DNA of 64,000 nt from the sequence record NC_049851.1, one strand, 5' to 3'. Below the pieces are notes generated by a model. The model was not told the DNA's origin, searched no databases, and saw only the letters and a program-made list of their open reading frames with translations. Each line of letters begins with the position of its first letter. The stretch's first letter is position 1. The translations under genes and the position numbers were made by a program. Shown here piece by piece: positions 9,542-17,970 of the stretch.

Positions 9542-9910
9542 ATGGCTTCGTACATCCGGCTGTATCTCGTTCCCGTCAATGGCGTTCAGCAGGTGATCGA
9601 CGTGGACGCGACACTGCTGGTACGCAACGGCGGAAAGTTCGAGCCCCCGCAAATAGCGAGCGCAATCGATCTGGTGAAGGTGCCGAGCACCAACACCTTC
9701 ACGCCGTTTGTTCCCGGTGCCGTGGACGTTACGCTCACGACACCAAACGTATGGAACGTGCGTGTATGCTGGCGCGAGCCCGTCGGAACCGACGATAACC
9801 CGAGCACCGAGATCGTGACGACCACCGACCCATCGGGCGGTGAGTGCGTATGCGGTATTACGTGCGATGGTGTCGCTATCACCTATGTCCCTGTTATCAA
9901 CGTGTACTAA
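9542..9910 (+). CDS. Putative virion structural protein
   Basis: GGAG RBS; beta-strand-rich, Val/Thr/Pro-rich composition. Confidence 0.55.
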   Translation: MASYIRLYLVPVNGVQQVIDVDATLLVRNGGKFEPPQIASAIDLVKVPSTNTFTPFVPGAVDVTLTTPNVWNVRVCWREPVGTDDNPSTEIVTTTDPSGGECVCGITCDGVAITYVPVINVY

Positions 9911-9922
9911 GGAGTACCACAA

Positions 9923-10774
9923 ATGGCAACTTACAAACCCAGCTTCCCGCGCATCAACGAAGGTCTGAGTGCACCCTCCGACCAGACCGTGGTTCCGGTG
10001 CTGACGCCGCAAATGCGTGTCATCGGCTTTGCGTCCATCGCAAAGACAACGTTCACGGGCTCGGAAACGACGCTCACGCTCGCCTCCGGCCCGGTGCCGC
10101 TCGTCAGCGTGCAACTCGCGCCCACCGTGGACACGAACGATGTGAACGGCACGCGCGAAGTTCAAGAATTCATGGCCATCATGTGGCCTGAAAACGTGCA
10201 GTACCAGCGCCCGTGGATCGGCTATCCGGAACTCGTGCTCGCGGACGATCCGCACATGATCGACTACTGGGGCTTCTGGTCGCTGCCTGTCAACACCATC
10301 ATGTATCGCTTCAGCAAGGGCTACTACTTGACCGCACTCCAGTTCAATCTGGCTCCGGCCGCCGCGCGTGACGACACGACGCCGCCGACTCCGACGCCGC
10401 CGACCGATGGCGCTATCCGCTGGGCCGTGTCGCTCGACAAGGCAACCGTGCAGCAGACGTGTGCGTTCATCGACTTCAACTGGGTCGAACTGTTCAAGAC
10501 GAACCAGTACGTGATCGCCAAGGGCAACGACGGCCCGAACCCGCTGTCGATCTCGGTGACCCAGCAGCCGTCGACGGGCGAGTTCAAGGCGAGCGTGCTC
10601 AAGGGCATCGGCCAGTCGATCATCGGCCAGAACCAAGTGCTCTACGACACGATCCGTATTCTGCGCCTGCGTGACCCGCAGCCGGGCACGTACACGTTCA
10701 AGTTCGCGGTCACGGTCACGAACGAGACGGGAGCCCCGACGTATCCGGTCACCCTGACACTGACGGTGGTGTGA
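9923..10774 (+). CDS. Putative virion structural protein with PT linker and C-terminal Ig-like domain
   Basis: AAGGAG RBS; TTPPTPTPPT linker; PGTYTFKFAVTV...VTLTLTVV terminal strands. Confidence 0.6.
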   Translation: MATYKPSFPRINEGLSAPSDQTVVPVLTPQMRVIGFASIAKTTFTGSETTLTLASGPVPLVSVQLAPTVDTNDVNGTREVQEFMAIMWPENVQYQRPWIGYPELVLADDPHMIDYWGFWSLPVNTIMYRFSKGYYLTALQFNLAPAAARDDTTPPTPTPPTDGAIRWAVSLDKATVQQTCAFIDFNWVELFKTNQYVIAKGNDGPNPLSISVTQQPSTGEFKASVLKGIGQSIIGQNQVLYDTIRILRLRDPQPGTYTFKFAVTVTNETGAPTYPVTLTLTVV

Positions 10775-11178
10775 TCATGGTCGCCAGCAAGCTTACGAAC
10801 AAGACGAGTGAGTCGGACCTTCGGAACCTTGCGGCGCTGGGCGAACCCCTCAGCCAATGGAACTTCGACCTCGTGGTCGGTGGTGAAATTGACTGGGAGG
10901 TTTCCCGCGTCGACGTGGAACGAGGCAAGATGCGGATCAAGCGACTGCTCACGACGACAAGCAACCCCAAGAACCTGACGAACAAGACGGTGGACCTGCG
11001 GCTGTATCAGTCAGTGGGCGACACCCCGAAATGGATCAGCGCAATCTACCAACTTGGTGATCGCGTGGGCGTCGAAATGAGCGTGAACGCAGGCGGCTCA
11101 CTGCACGATGCACCGCCCATCATGGTCACGGAGGTGTACGCGGTGAAGGGTCTGCTGTACTTCTCGCAGTCGCAGTAA
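10771..11178 (+). CDS. Hypothetical protein
   Basis: Overlaps the previous stop codon. Confidence 0.6.
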   Translation: MIMVASKLTNKTSESDLRNLAALGEPLSQWNFDLVVGGEIDWEVSRVDVERGKMRIKRLLTTTSNPKNLTNKTVDLRLYQSVGDTPKWISAIYQLGDRVGVEMSVNAGGSLHDAPPIMVTEVYAVKGLLYFSQSQ

Positions 11179-11212
11179 ATAGCAACGTAATCACAAAACC
11201 AACACTCGTCAT

Positions 11213-12295
11213 ATGCGCGCACAGGTCGAAACTGTACTAATCAACGAGGCGGTGAAAGTCATCACTCGTCTCGCACCGCCAGTGAGCGGTGCAATCACGC
11301 TCGAATCGACGGGCGCGGTTCTCAAGGTCCACAGTCAGGCCGAACTGAGCCGCTGTTCCGTCACGCTTCCGTGTGAAGTGGAGGGCGAAATGCTGATCGC
11401 GGTTCCGACCGAAGCGATCAGCGCGGCTGTAAAGGGCCACGACTCCGTGGAACTGGAGTTGAAGCAATCGCTTCTCCGAATCACGGACGGCGCGTATAAC
11501 ACGCGACTCACGACGCAGGACGCTCTTGAACTCGAAATCGAAGAGGACAAGAGCGATGCGAAAGTCTGGAAGGTGAGTGCTGAGCAGCTTGCAGAACTAC
11601 ACTCCATGGTCAAGGCCGTGGCCCTGAAGCCCGTGGCCAACATGGCTACGTCCATCATGCCGATCTCGATCCGGCTGACGAAGAAGGGCGCGTTCGTTGC
11701 CTGCTACGACGCGAACCGCATGTGCTTCATGCAGAGCAAGGATTTGGTAGGAGACCTTGATATCACGGTCCCGCTCGATCTCATGAGTGCGGTGCTGGAC
11801 TCGTTTAAGGGCGCGTCCTGCACGATCAAGGTCACGGACTCGTTGGTCTATGTCCAGAACCCCGTGCTCGATGTGGTGCTCGCGCTCCCGGCCTCCGATG
11901 AAGACGCGGTGATCGACACGGACATGGTGCAGGAGAAAGCGCGCGAGGTCCGCAAGGTAGACGGCACGGTCATCGAGATCGTGAAGAAGGACATCATGGC
12001 GTTCATGGACAACGCGCGTGCGGTCGCAACCAAAGAGCGTTCGGAACTCGCAATCACCACCGACAAAGGCAAGATCGGGCTGCTGGTCAAGACCACGAAT
12101 GGCGTGTCGAAAACAAGCATCGGGGGCGGCGTCAACGCGAAGCTCTCGATGAAGGCCGACTTCGAATTCTTGGACGAGACGCTGCGCAAGTGCTCCGATC
12201 AAGTCCAGATCAAGTTCGTGGATGACGCGCAAGCCTTCATCATGGTCAAGGCCGCAAACGGCGTGTACTCGCTGGTCGCACTCAATCAGGACTGA
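11213..12295 (+). CDS. dnaN: DNA polymerase III beta-like sliding clamp
   Basis: 360 aa with three similar-length alpha/beta repeats (e.g. VACYDANRM, FLDETLRK..QIKF), located near the DnaX-like loader. Confidence 0.7.
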   Translation: MRAQVETVLINEAVKVITRLAPPVSGAITLESTGAVLKVHSQAELSRCSVTLPCEVEGEMLIAVPTEAISAAVKGHDSVELELKQSLLRITDGAYNTRLTTQDALELEIEEDKSDAKVWKVSAEQLAELHSMVKAVALKPVANMATSIMPISIRLTKKGAFVACYDANRMCFMQSKDLVGDLDITVPLDLMSAVLDSFKGASCTIKVTDSLVYVQNPVLDVVLALPASDEDAVIDTDMVQEKAREVRKVDGTVIEIVKKDIMAFMDNARAVATKERSELAITTDKGKIGLLVKTTNGVSKTSIGGGVNAKLSMKADFEFLDETLRKCSDQVQIKFVDDAQAFIMVKAANGVYSLVALNQD

Positions 12296-12297
12296 CG

Positions 12298-12696
12298 ATG
12301 GAACAGACACAAGAATGTCGGCTGTACGTGCCGATGGAGCCGTACCTCTTCTATGAGTCGGAAGGCGGGTACGCTCTGAACAAGGGGCCACACACGCTGC
12401 CGCAGGATGCAGTCCTCAAAATAGGCGGCCCCATTCCGCTGTCCTGCATGTTCGATTGCTTCTGGCTACTGCACGAAGGCCAGAAGGTTGGCTACTACTT
12501 CCGCACCTCGTTTCAGGTGCAGAACGGTGGTGGCTATATCTGCGCCTACATGGGTGCTGCACGCGGACAGGCAGACAAGGTAGAAATCCTGCTGAACACC
12601 GAAGACCTCGTGGTGTTCCACTATCCGGGCAAGGGCACGATGATCATCAGCCCGCATGTCGGGCGAGAGGTCAACCAGATTTTCACGGAGCAGTGA
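12298..12696 (+). CDS. Hypothetical protein
   Basis: Adjacent ORF in the operon. Confidence 0.6.
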   Translation: MEQTQECRLYVPMEPYLFYESEGGYALNKGPHTLPQDAVLKIGGPIPLSCMFDCFWLLHEGQKVGYYFRTSFQVQNGGGYICAYMGAARGQADKVEILLNTEDLVVFHYPGKGTMIISPHVGREVNQIFTEQ

Positions 12697-12917
12697 TGAA
12701 CATATTGAGCTACATGACGGCCGTTGTAGTGACGTCCATACTGGCAGTAGCGGGCGGTGTGGCCGGTGCGCGGTTCGCGACCCGCAAGCAAACGGAACTG
12801 GTATCGGCCGTAGTGCCGGGCCTTATTGGCTTTGGTGTAGGCTTCATGTCTGTCATGATCGTGATCTCGCTGCTCACTGACTACATGTTTGCAAAAGGAT
12901 ACATTCATGGCCACTGA
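12696..12917 (+). CDS. Small membrane protein (2 TM)
   Basis: TGATG overlap; two hydrophobic segments. Confidence 0.6.
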   Translation: MNILSYMTAVVVTSILAVAGGVAGARFATRKQTELVSAVVPGLIGFGVGFMSVMIVISLLTDYMFAKGYIHGH

Positions 12918-13449
12918 ATCCGATCTCGCGTCATTTCTCGACGACTTGAAAGAGGACGCGAAATTCAAGAAGTTTCGGCTGATCTTGAAGAACACGCGCG
13001 AGAAGATGAAGATCGAGCGAGACAGGGCCGAGGCGTTGGGCCTCATGGCAAACCGGACCTCGCGCTCGCTACACGGCCGCAAGCAGTTCAGCCCGAAGTC
13101 GTTGCTCGAAGCCACGTCGAACGATCTGAGCGCACGCGCGCGGCTCGTCGAGATTCGTGTGCGTGCCAAGGTCAACATCGATCTGCTGGTAGAAGCCTGC
13201 GACGCGCTGCGAAACCACATCTACACCGAGTACGCGGACGAGATTCGACAGTTCGGATCGTCGGCAGAGCAACGCAAGGCACTGGTGGAGCGAGTGCAGG
13301 GCACGGCCCGCACCATGATCGTCGAGGCTAACGCCATGATCGACATGCTCGACCAGATCATCAAGGACATCGACAGCGCGAGCCATCACCTGCGTCACAT
13401 GGTGGACGTGCTGAAGCTGCTGGATGGCAGTAAAGGGAAGATCGTATGA
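12907..13449 (+). CDS. Coiled-coil protein, possibly a UvsY-like recombination mediator
   Basis: All-helical, ~180 aa, upstream of an SF2 helicase. The functional call is weak. Confidence 0.4.
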   Translation: MATESDLASFLDDLKEDAKFKKFRLILKNTREKMKIERDRAEALGLMANRTSRSLHGRKQFSPKSLLEATSNDLSARARLVEIRVRAKVNIDLLVEACDALRNHIYTEYADEIRQFGSSAEQRKALVERVQGTARTMIVEANAMIDMLDQIIKDIDSASHHLRHMVDVLKLLDGSKGKIV

Positions 13450-13676
13450 TCTGGACTGTCATACACGCCATCCTGAGCGGCATTGGCTGGTACTTCTGGG
13501 CGCTGTTCGGCATCTTCGTGATAGCGCTCGGCGGCGTCGGCGGGTTCTTCAGTGGCATGCTGTTCGCCTGCTTTGACGCCAATGATGGCCGCGAAGCCCC
13601 GCTGATCGTGCTCGGCACGCTGCTCGGGGTGGCAACCTCCCTCATCATCTACTGCAACTACGCACCACACCCGTGA
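13446..13676 (+). CDS. Small membrane protein
   Basis: Strongly hydrophobic, 76 aa. Confidence 0.6.
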   Translation: MIWTVIHAILSGIGWYFWALFGIFVIALGGVGGFFSGMLFACFDANDGREAPLIVLGTLLGVATSLIIYCNYAPHP

Positions 13677-14068
13677 TCGAAAAGTTCTACGAATGGATGC
13701 GTGGCGAAATCCTGCCCGAGCTATGGGAGCACTACAACCTACGCCGGGGGCCCGGGCCGCGAGAAATCGTGGGCCCCGTCCACTGTTGCGTACTGGTAGA
13801 ACGGCCGTCTGGTCCGTTCGAGTTGATGGTGCTGCGCCAAGACGACAAGGCAGTTCGCTACGCCACTTATCTGGCTTCGCTGTACGCGAAGTACTGGATC
13901 GAAAAGGCTCCGGCTCCGGGCCCATGTCGTCTGCGCCTACACGGAGTGCTTGCACGTGCAGCTATCATCGATATGGACCCTTCGTTCACCTACGCGTTCG
14001 ACGAGGCCATCACCATCGGCGGTGACGTTCCGTCATCAACCACTGTAACCCTGACACGGACACAATGA
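13673..14068 (+). CDS. Hypothetical protein
   Basis: GTGA overlap, coupled. Confidence 0.55.
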   Translation: MIEKFYEWMRGEILPELWEHYNLRRGPGPREIVGPVHCCVLVERPSGPFELMVLRQDDKAVRYATYLASLYAKYWIEKAPAPGPCRLRLHGVLARAAIIDMDPSFTYAFDEAITIGGDVPSSTTVTLTRTQ

Positions 14069-14568
14069 TGAACATCATCATCCTGCGAAACAACAACACC
14101 AACATCGATGCATGCGCCTGCTTGGATCGGGACACGAACACGATCCTTGCCTCGATCACGGCCGATCAGGTCATGAGCCCGATTGGCTCTGTCCAGTTCA
14201 CGCCCGGCGTCCTGACCAATCAGGAACAGTTCATCCGGGCTCTGCAATTCATCAACATCGAGTGTCAGAACTCGTACGGCGGCCGGATGCGCCTGAAGCT
14301 GGAGAACACGCAGGCCGTGGCCTTCGCGCTTGCGATGTCGGCACTCGTCGACTCGGACGACGCTACAGTGGTCAGCGCGTGGACGAACCTGTCGTTCGAG
14401 ATCACGCTGTCGAGCATCACGGATACCGGGGCTTCGCAGTCCGTGCGATTCGTTGGCAAAAACCTGACTGGCTTGAAGACCATCGTACGTGCCCAGAACG
14501 TTACGATGTTCATCCAATCGAAGTTGGGTTCGATCCAACGTCCTGCGGGCACGAGCATCGGTGGCTGA
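14065..14568 (+). CDS. Hypothetical protein
   Basis: ATGA overlap, coupled. Confidence 0.6.
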   Translation: MMNIIILRNNNTNIDACACLDRDTNTILASITADQVMSPIGSVQFTPGVLTNQEQFIRALQFINIECQNSYGGRMRLKLENTQAVAFALAMSALVDSDDATVVSAWTNLSFEITLSSITDTGASQSVRFVGKNLTGLKTIVRAQNVTMFIQSKLGSIQRPAGTSIGG

Positions 14569-16102
14569 GGTAAAGCCGATCACGGTGCACGCCCGTGAGG
14601 CTTTCTTCATCAAAAAGCAGGACCTCCCATTGGACGTGCGGGAGGAACTGATCGAGAAGTACAAGTTCCGGTTCTACGAAGACAAGTCGTGCAAGCAGTG
14701 CGAATTCTTCGAAGACCGGCACTCGGATGCCTGTGACAACTGCGGCGCGTTCTTGGGCGGTGCCGACCTAGCGTCTGTCGTCAAGATGGGCGAGAAGGAC
14801 TTCATCAAGACGCCTCTTGGTGACGCGGGCGGCCTGAAGCAGGTGCTCGAAAAGAGCGACATCCAGTTCAAGTTCAAGAAGCACTTCCCGGACAAGGCAT
14901 TCAGTAGGCCGATCAAGTTCACGGGCACGCTGAAGGACTATCAGCCGGGGGCCGTGGAAGCGATCCTGAAGCGCAAGCGCGGGGTCCTGAAGGCACCACC
15001 GCGTTCGGGCAAGACCGTGATGGGCGCGGCGGCCGTATGTCAACTCGGCAAGAAGACGATCATCATGGCGTCTCAGCGTGAGTGGATCATGGGCTTCCAA
15101 GAGACGTTCATCGGGTCCGACACGCAGGCGGCACTGACCGACTGCCGCAAGGACAAGATCGGTTTGTGCAAGACGTACGAAGATTTTCTGAAGTACGATA
15201 TCTGTCTCGTTACGTGCCAGACGTTCTGGAGTGATAAAGGACGGAAGCTTTTGCGCAAGGTTCGCGACATGTTCGCGATGTTGCTCGTCGACGAAATCCA
15301 CACGGGTGCGGCACCGAAGTACGCATCGGTTATCGCGGCGCTGAACTGCGAATACAAGATCGGACTCAGCGGTACGCCGAACCGCAAGGACGGCCGCTAC
15401 GTGCTGATGCGGAACCTGATGGGTCCGGTGATTGCCGATATCAAGGTCGAGCGCTTGCGCCCGCACGTGCGTCTCGTCAAGACCGCGTATTCGCAGAACA
15501 CGAAGGGGCAGGTGCAGTGGACGCGACTGGTATCTGGAATCGAGAACAACCCGCAGCGCCTGAAGCTGATTGCTGAGTGGGCGGTGAAGGACGCGAACAA
15601 CGGGCACATGATCCTGATCCCGATGGCGCTGACGAAGCCGATTAAGGCGTTGGTGGCCGCCATCAACAAGATCGCGGGTGCCGAGATCGCGAAGCCGTTC
15701 CTTGGGTCCGGCTCGATGAAGAAGACGGATCGAGACCGCATCCTTCAGGAAGCGCGCCAGTACAAGATCAAGGTGCTGGTGGGGACGACGAAGCTGCTGA
15801 CGACGGGCACGAACATTCCGCGTGCCTCGGCCCTGTACCTGCTCACCCCGTCCTCCAACATGGAGAACGCGGAACAGCGCGGGGCCCGGGTGCTGACGCC
15901 GTTCGAGGGCAAGCCAACGCCGATCTGGCGTATCTTCCTCGACAACGTTGGCGTAAGTCGTCGATGCCTAGCGAATGAGTGGTGGGGTTGCATGAAGCCG
16001 AAGTTCAAGCCGGTCATGACCGACAAGGACGAGAAGATGTTGCTCGATTACCTGAAGCAGAAGGGTAACGGTGGCTCGATGGAAGGTCGCATCGAACTGT
16101 AA
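14561..16102 (+). CDS. Superfamily 2 DNA helicase (UvsW/Res-like) with N-terminal zinc ribbon
   Basis: YQ..A, APPRSGKT, LVDEIH, GLSGTP, GTNIP and EQRGARVL helicase motifs; CKQC...CDNC. GTG start inferred. Confidence 0.9.
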   Translation: MAEVKPITVHAREAFFIKKQDLPLDVREELIEKYKFRFYEDKSCKQCEFFEDRHSDACDNCGAFLGGADLASVVKMGEKDFIKTPLGDAGGLKQVLEKSDIQFKFKKHFPDKAFSRPIKFTGTLKDYQPGAVEAILKRKRGVLKAPPRSGKTVMGAAAVCQLGKKTIIMASQREWIMGFQETFIGSDTQAALTDCRKDKIGLCKTYEDFLKYDICLVTCQTFWSDKGRKLLRKVRDMFAMLLVDEIHTGAAPKYASVIAALNCEYKIGLSGTPNRKDGRYVLMRNLMGPVIADIKVERLRPHVRLVKTAYSQNTKGQVQWTRLVSGIENNPQRLKLIAEWAVKDANNGHMILIPMALTKPIKALVAAINKIAGAEIAKPFLGSGSMKKTDRDRILQEARQYKIKVLVGTTKLLTTGTNIPRASALYLLTPSSNMENAEQRGARVLTPFEGKPTPIWRIFLDNVGVSRRCLANEWWGCMKPKFKPVMTDKDEKMLLDYLKQKGNGGSMEGRIEL

Positions 16103-16112
16103 GGAGTTGATA

Positions 16113-16475
16113 ATGAGGATTCACAAGCGGATGCCCGCGCGGCTCCGGAAGAAGTTGATGCAGAAGCAGCGGCCGTTTGGCACATACACCAGCACGCGGG
16201 GTGTTGCCATTCTCGATGCCATCATCGGTAAGGAATTGCCCGGCGTTGGTATCGAAAACACCATCCAGAAATGCCGCGCCATGTTCGACGAGCGTGCTAA
16301 CATAGACGCAGAGGCACGTGCGCGGGCCGAGCGTGTTGGACTGGCTGATGAGTACAACGAGCAGCAGTACTGGCCAGAAGTTCCGGCAGGGGACCGCGTG
16401 GACCTGAAGCGTGGCCGCCGTGGTGGCACTGTAGTGGAATTCGGCGTGGGTGATATCCACGTCTGGTCCAAGTGA
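16113..16475 (+). CDS. Hypothetical protein
   Basis: AAGGAG RBS before ATG 16113. Confidence 0.6.
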   Translation: MRIHKRMPARLRKKLMQKQRPFGTYTSTRGVAILDAIIGKELPGVGIENTIQKCRAMFDERANIDAEARARAERVGLADEYNEQQYWPEVPAGDRVDLKRGRRGGTVVEFGVGDIHVWSK

Positions 16476-16487
16476 CGCAGTAAATAA

Positions 16488-16526
16488 GAGGGGCGGACAC
16501 CCTAGTGTCTTGCCCCTTTTATTTTG
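16488..16526 (+). terminator. Intrinsic terminator
   Basis: AGGGGC-G-GACAC cta GTGTC-TT-GCCCCT followed by TTTATTTT. Confidence 0.75.
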
Positions 16527-16574
16527 TGTACGAATGGTGTATAGTGCGCGCAGCACACTAACAGACGAGGACTG

Positions 16575-17351
16575 ATGGAAGCAATCAAGGGCGGGGCTCA
16601 GGGCCCCCGGCGCGGGCGTGGCCCGTACCGCAAGAAGGAAACGCCGGTCAAATACGACCCGGCCGATGACATCGCGAACGAGACACCGGCACCTGATATC
16701 GACGACGAACCCGCACCGAAGGCCAAGAAAGTAGAGGTCGAGGGTGCCGTATGTTCGGTCCCGATGCCCAAGGTGATTGAGGTGAAGCGGACGCCCGGTG
16801 TGCTGGGCGTCGTACCCGGCTGGGTATGGCGGTGCTCGAAGTTCCGGTGGCAACCGCGTGATTTCGGAACCGAGAACGAGAGGTTGCGCGAACGCGTGAT
16901 CGACAGCAGCGTTCAGGACAGTAGCCTGTGCCGATTCCTCGAAGACCCGACAACGCCCATGACGTACTGTGTGGCCGGTTCTCCGGACGACCGGCAGGCC
17001 CTGTACTTTGCGGCCTATCTGGTGTCCGAGTTCCAGCGGCGTAGCCACAACGCAGTCGTCTGGCACAATCTGTACGGAGGGTTCGACAATCCCGTGCTCA
17101 AGAAGTACGACGATGACTCGAACATCCCGGACCCGGGTTTGCTGGTGCTCACGAACCTGAGCCCGCAAGCCACAAACACAAAGCTGGACAAGACGCGTGA
17201 CTTGCTCACGCGTTTTGCTGGTATCCCGCGTATCCTCGTGGTGGCAGGCGAGGACCCGATTTCTTTCTGCGCAGCGCGCCTCAACGTCGAGGTCAATGCG
17301 ATTGCGTATTTCCGTGGCAACACGTTGAAGCAACGAGTAGAGGTGATTTGA
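16575..17351 (+). CDS. DnaC/IstB-like AAA+ fold protein with degenerate Walker motifs
   Basis: Secondary-structure pattern like DnaC, but GSPDDRQA at Walker A and LLVLTNL at Walker B. Confidence 0.45.
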   Translation: MEAIKGGAQGPRRGRGPYRKKETPVKYDPADDIANETPAPDIDDEPAPKAKKVEVEGAVCSVPMPKVIEVKRTPGVLGVVPGWVWRCSKFRWQPRDFGTENERLRERVIDSSVQDSSLCRFLEDPTTPMTYCVAGSPDDRQALYFAAYLVSEFQRRSHNAVVWHNLYGGFDNPVLKKYDDDSNIPDPGLLVLTNLSPQATNTKLDKTRDLLTRFAGIPRILVVAGEDPISFCAARLNVEVNAIAYFRGNTLKQRVEVI

Positions 17352-17692
17352 TGGCAGTAGTCAGAACCGCGCTGTACATTCAGGACCTGCTGGGTCCGCT
17401 GCACGAAGCGTACGTCGACTTTCATTACCAGCACGGCCGCAACCTGAAAAACGATCCGGACCTTACCCGCGTGTTGCGCGAGACCATTACGAAGGTGTTG
17501 GAGACGAACCTAGCGTTAGGCATCATGTGGGGGCTGTACGTGGGCGACTACAGCACGAGCCGAGCCGTGAACGTGAACGGCAAATGGGAACCCAACTGCG
17601 CGGTGCGTGTGTCCATCGACCTGTACGACGTTCGATTCATCATCGACCTGTCGAGCGTAGGTCCCGTCCTCAGCATGGAGGACGTGGCATGA
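17351..17692 (+). CDS. Hypothetical protein
   Basis: TGATG overlap. Confidence 0.6.
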   Translation: MAVVRTALYIQDLLGPLHEAYVDFHYQHGRNLKNDPDLTRVLRETITKVLETNLALGIMWGLYVGDYSTSRAVNVNGKWEPNCAVRVSIDLYDVRFIIDLSSVGPVLSMEDVA

Positions 17693-17970
17693 GGATCACG
17701 ATCAGCACCGAGTACAAGCTGTCGGTCATCAGCGAATGGAAGTGGCTGAACGGCCAGAAGTCTATCAGCTTCATCGACGGGAGCCCGCGCATCCTGCTGG
17801 GTGGCCGCGAGTCCGTAGCGTTCCCGGTGGAAGTGGGCAACATCTACATGCGGGACCCGAAGAACCCGGGTCTCGATTACAAGATCGTGCGGCCCCGCGA
17901 TCTCAAGAGCTTCGTCTCGTACGAGACTTATGCTAAAATTCTCGAACTTCAACAGGAGGTATGGAAATGA
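17689..17970 (+). CDS. Hypothetical protein
   Basis: GGAGG RBS and ATGA overlap (MRITISTEYK...). Confidence 0.6.
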   Translation: MRITISTEYKLSVISEWKWLNGQKSISFIDGSPRILLGGRESVAFPVEVGNIYMRDPKNPGLDYKIVRPRDLKSFVSYETYAKILELQQEVWK

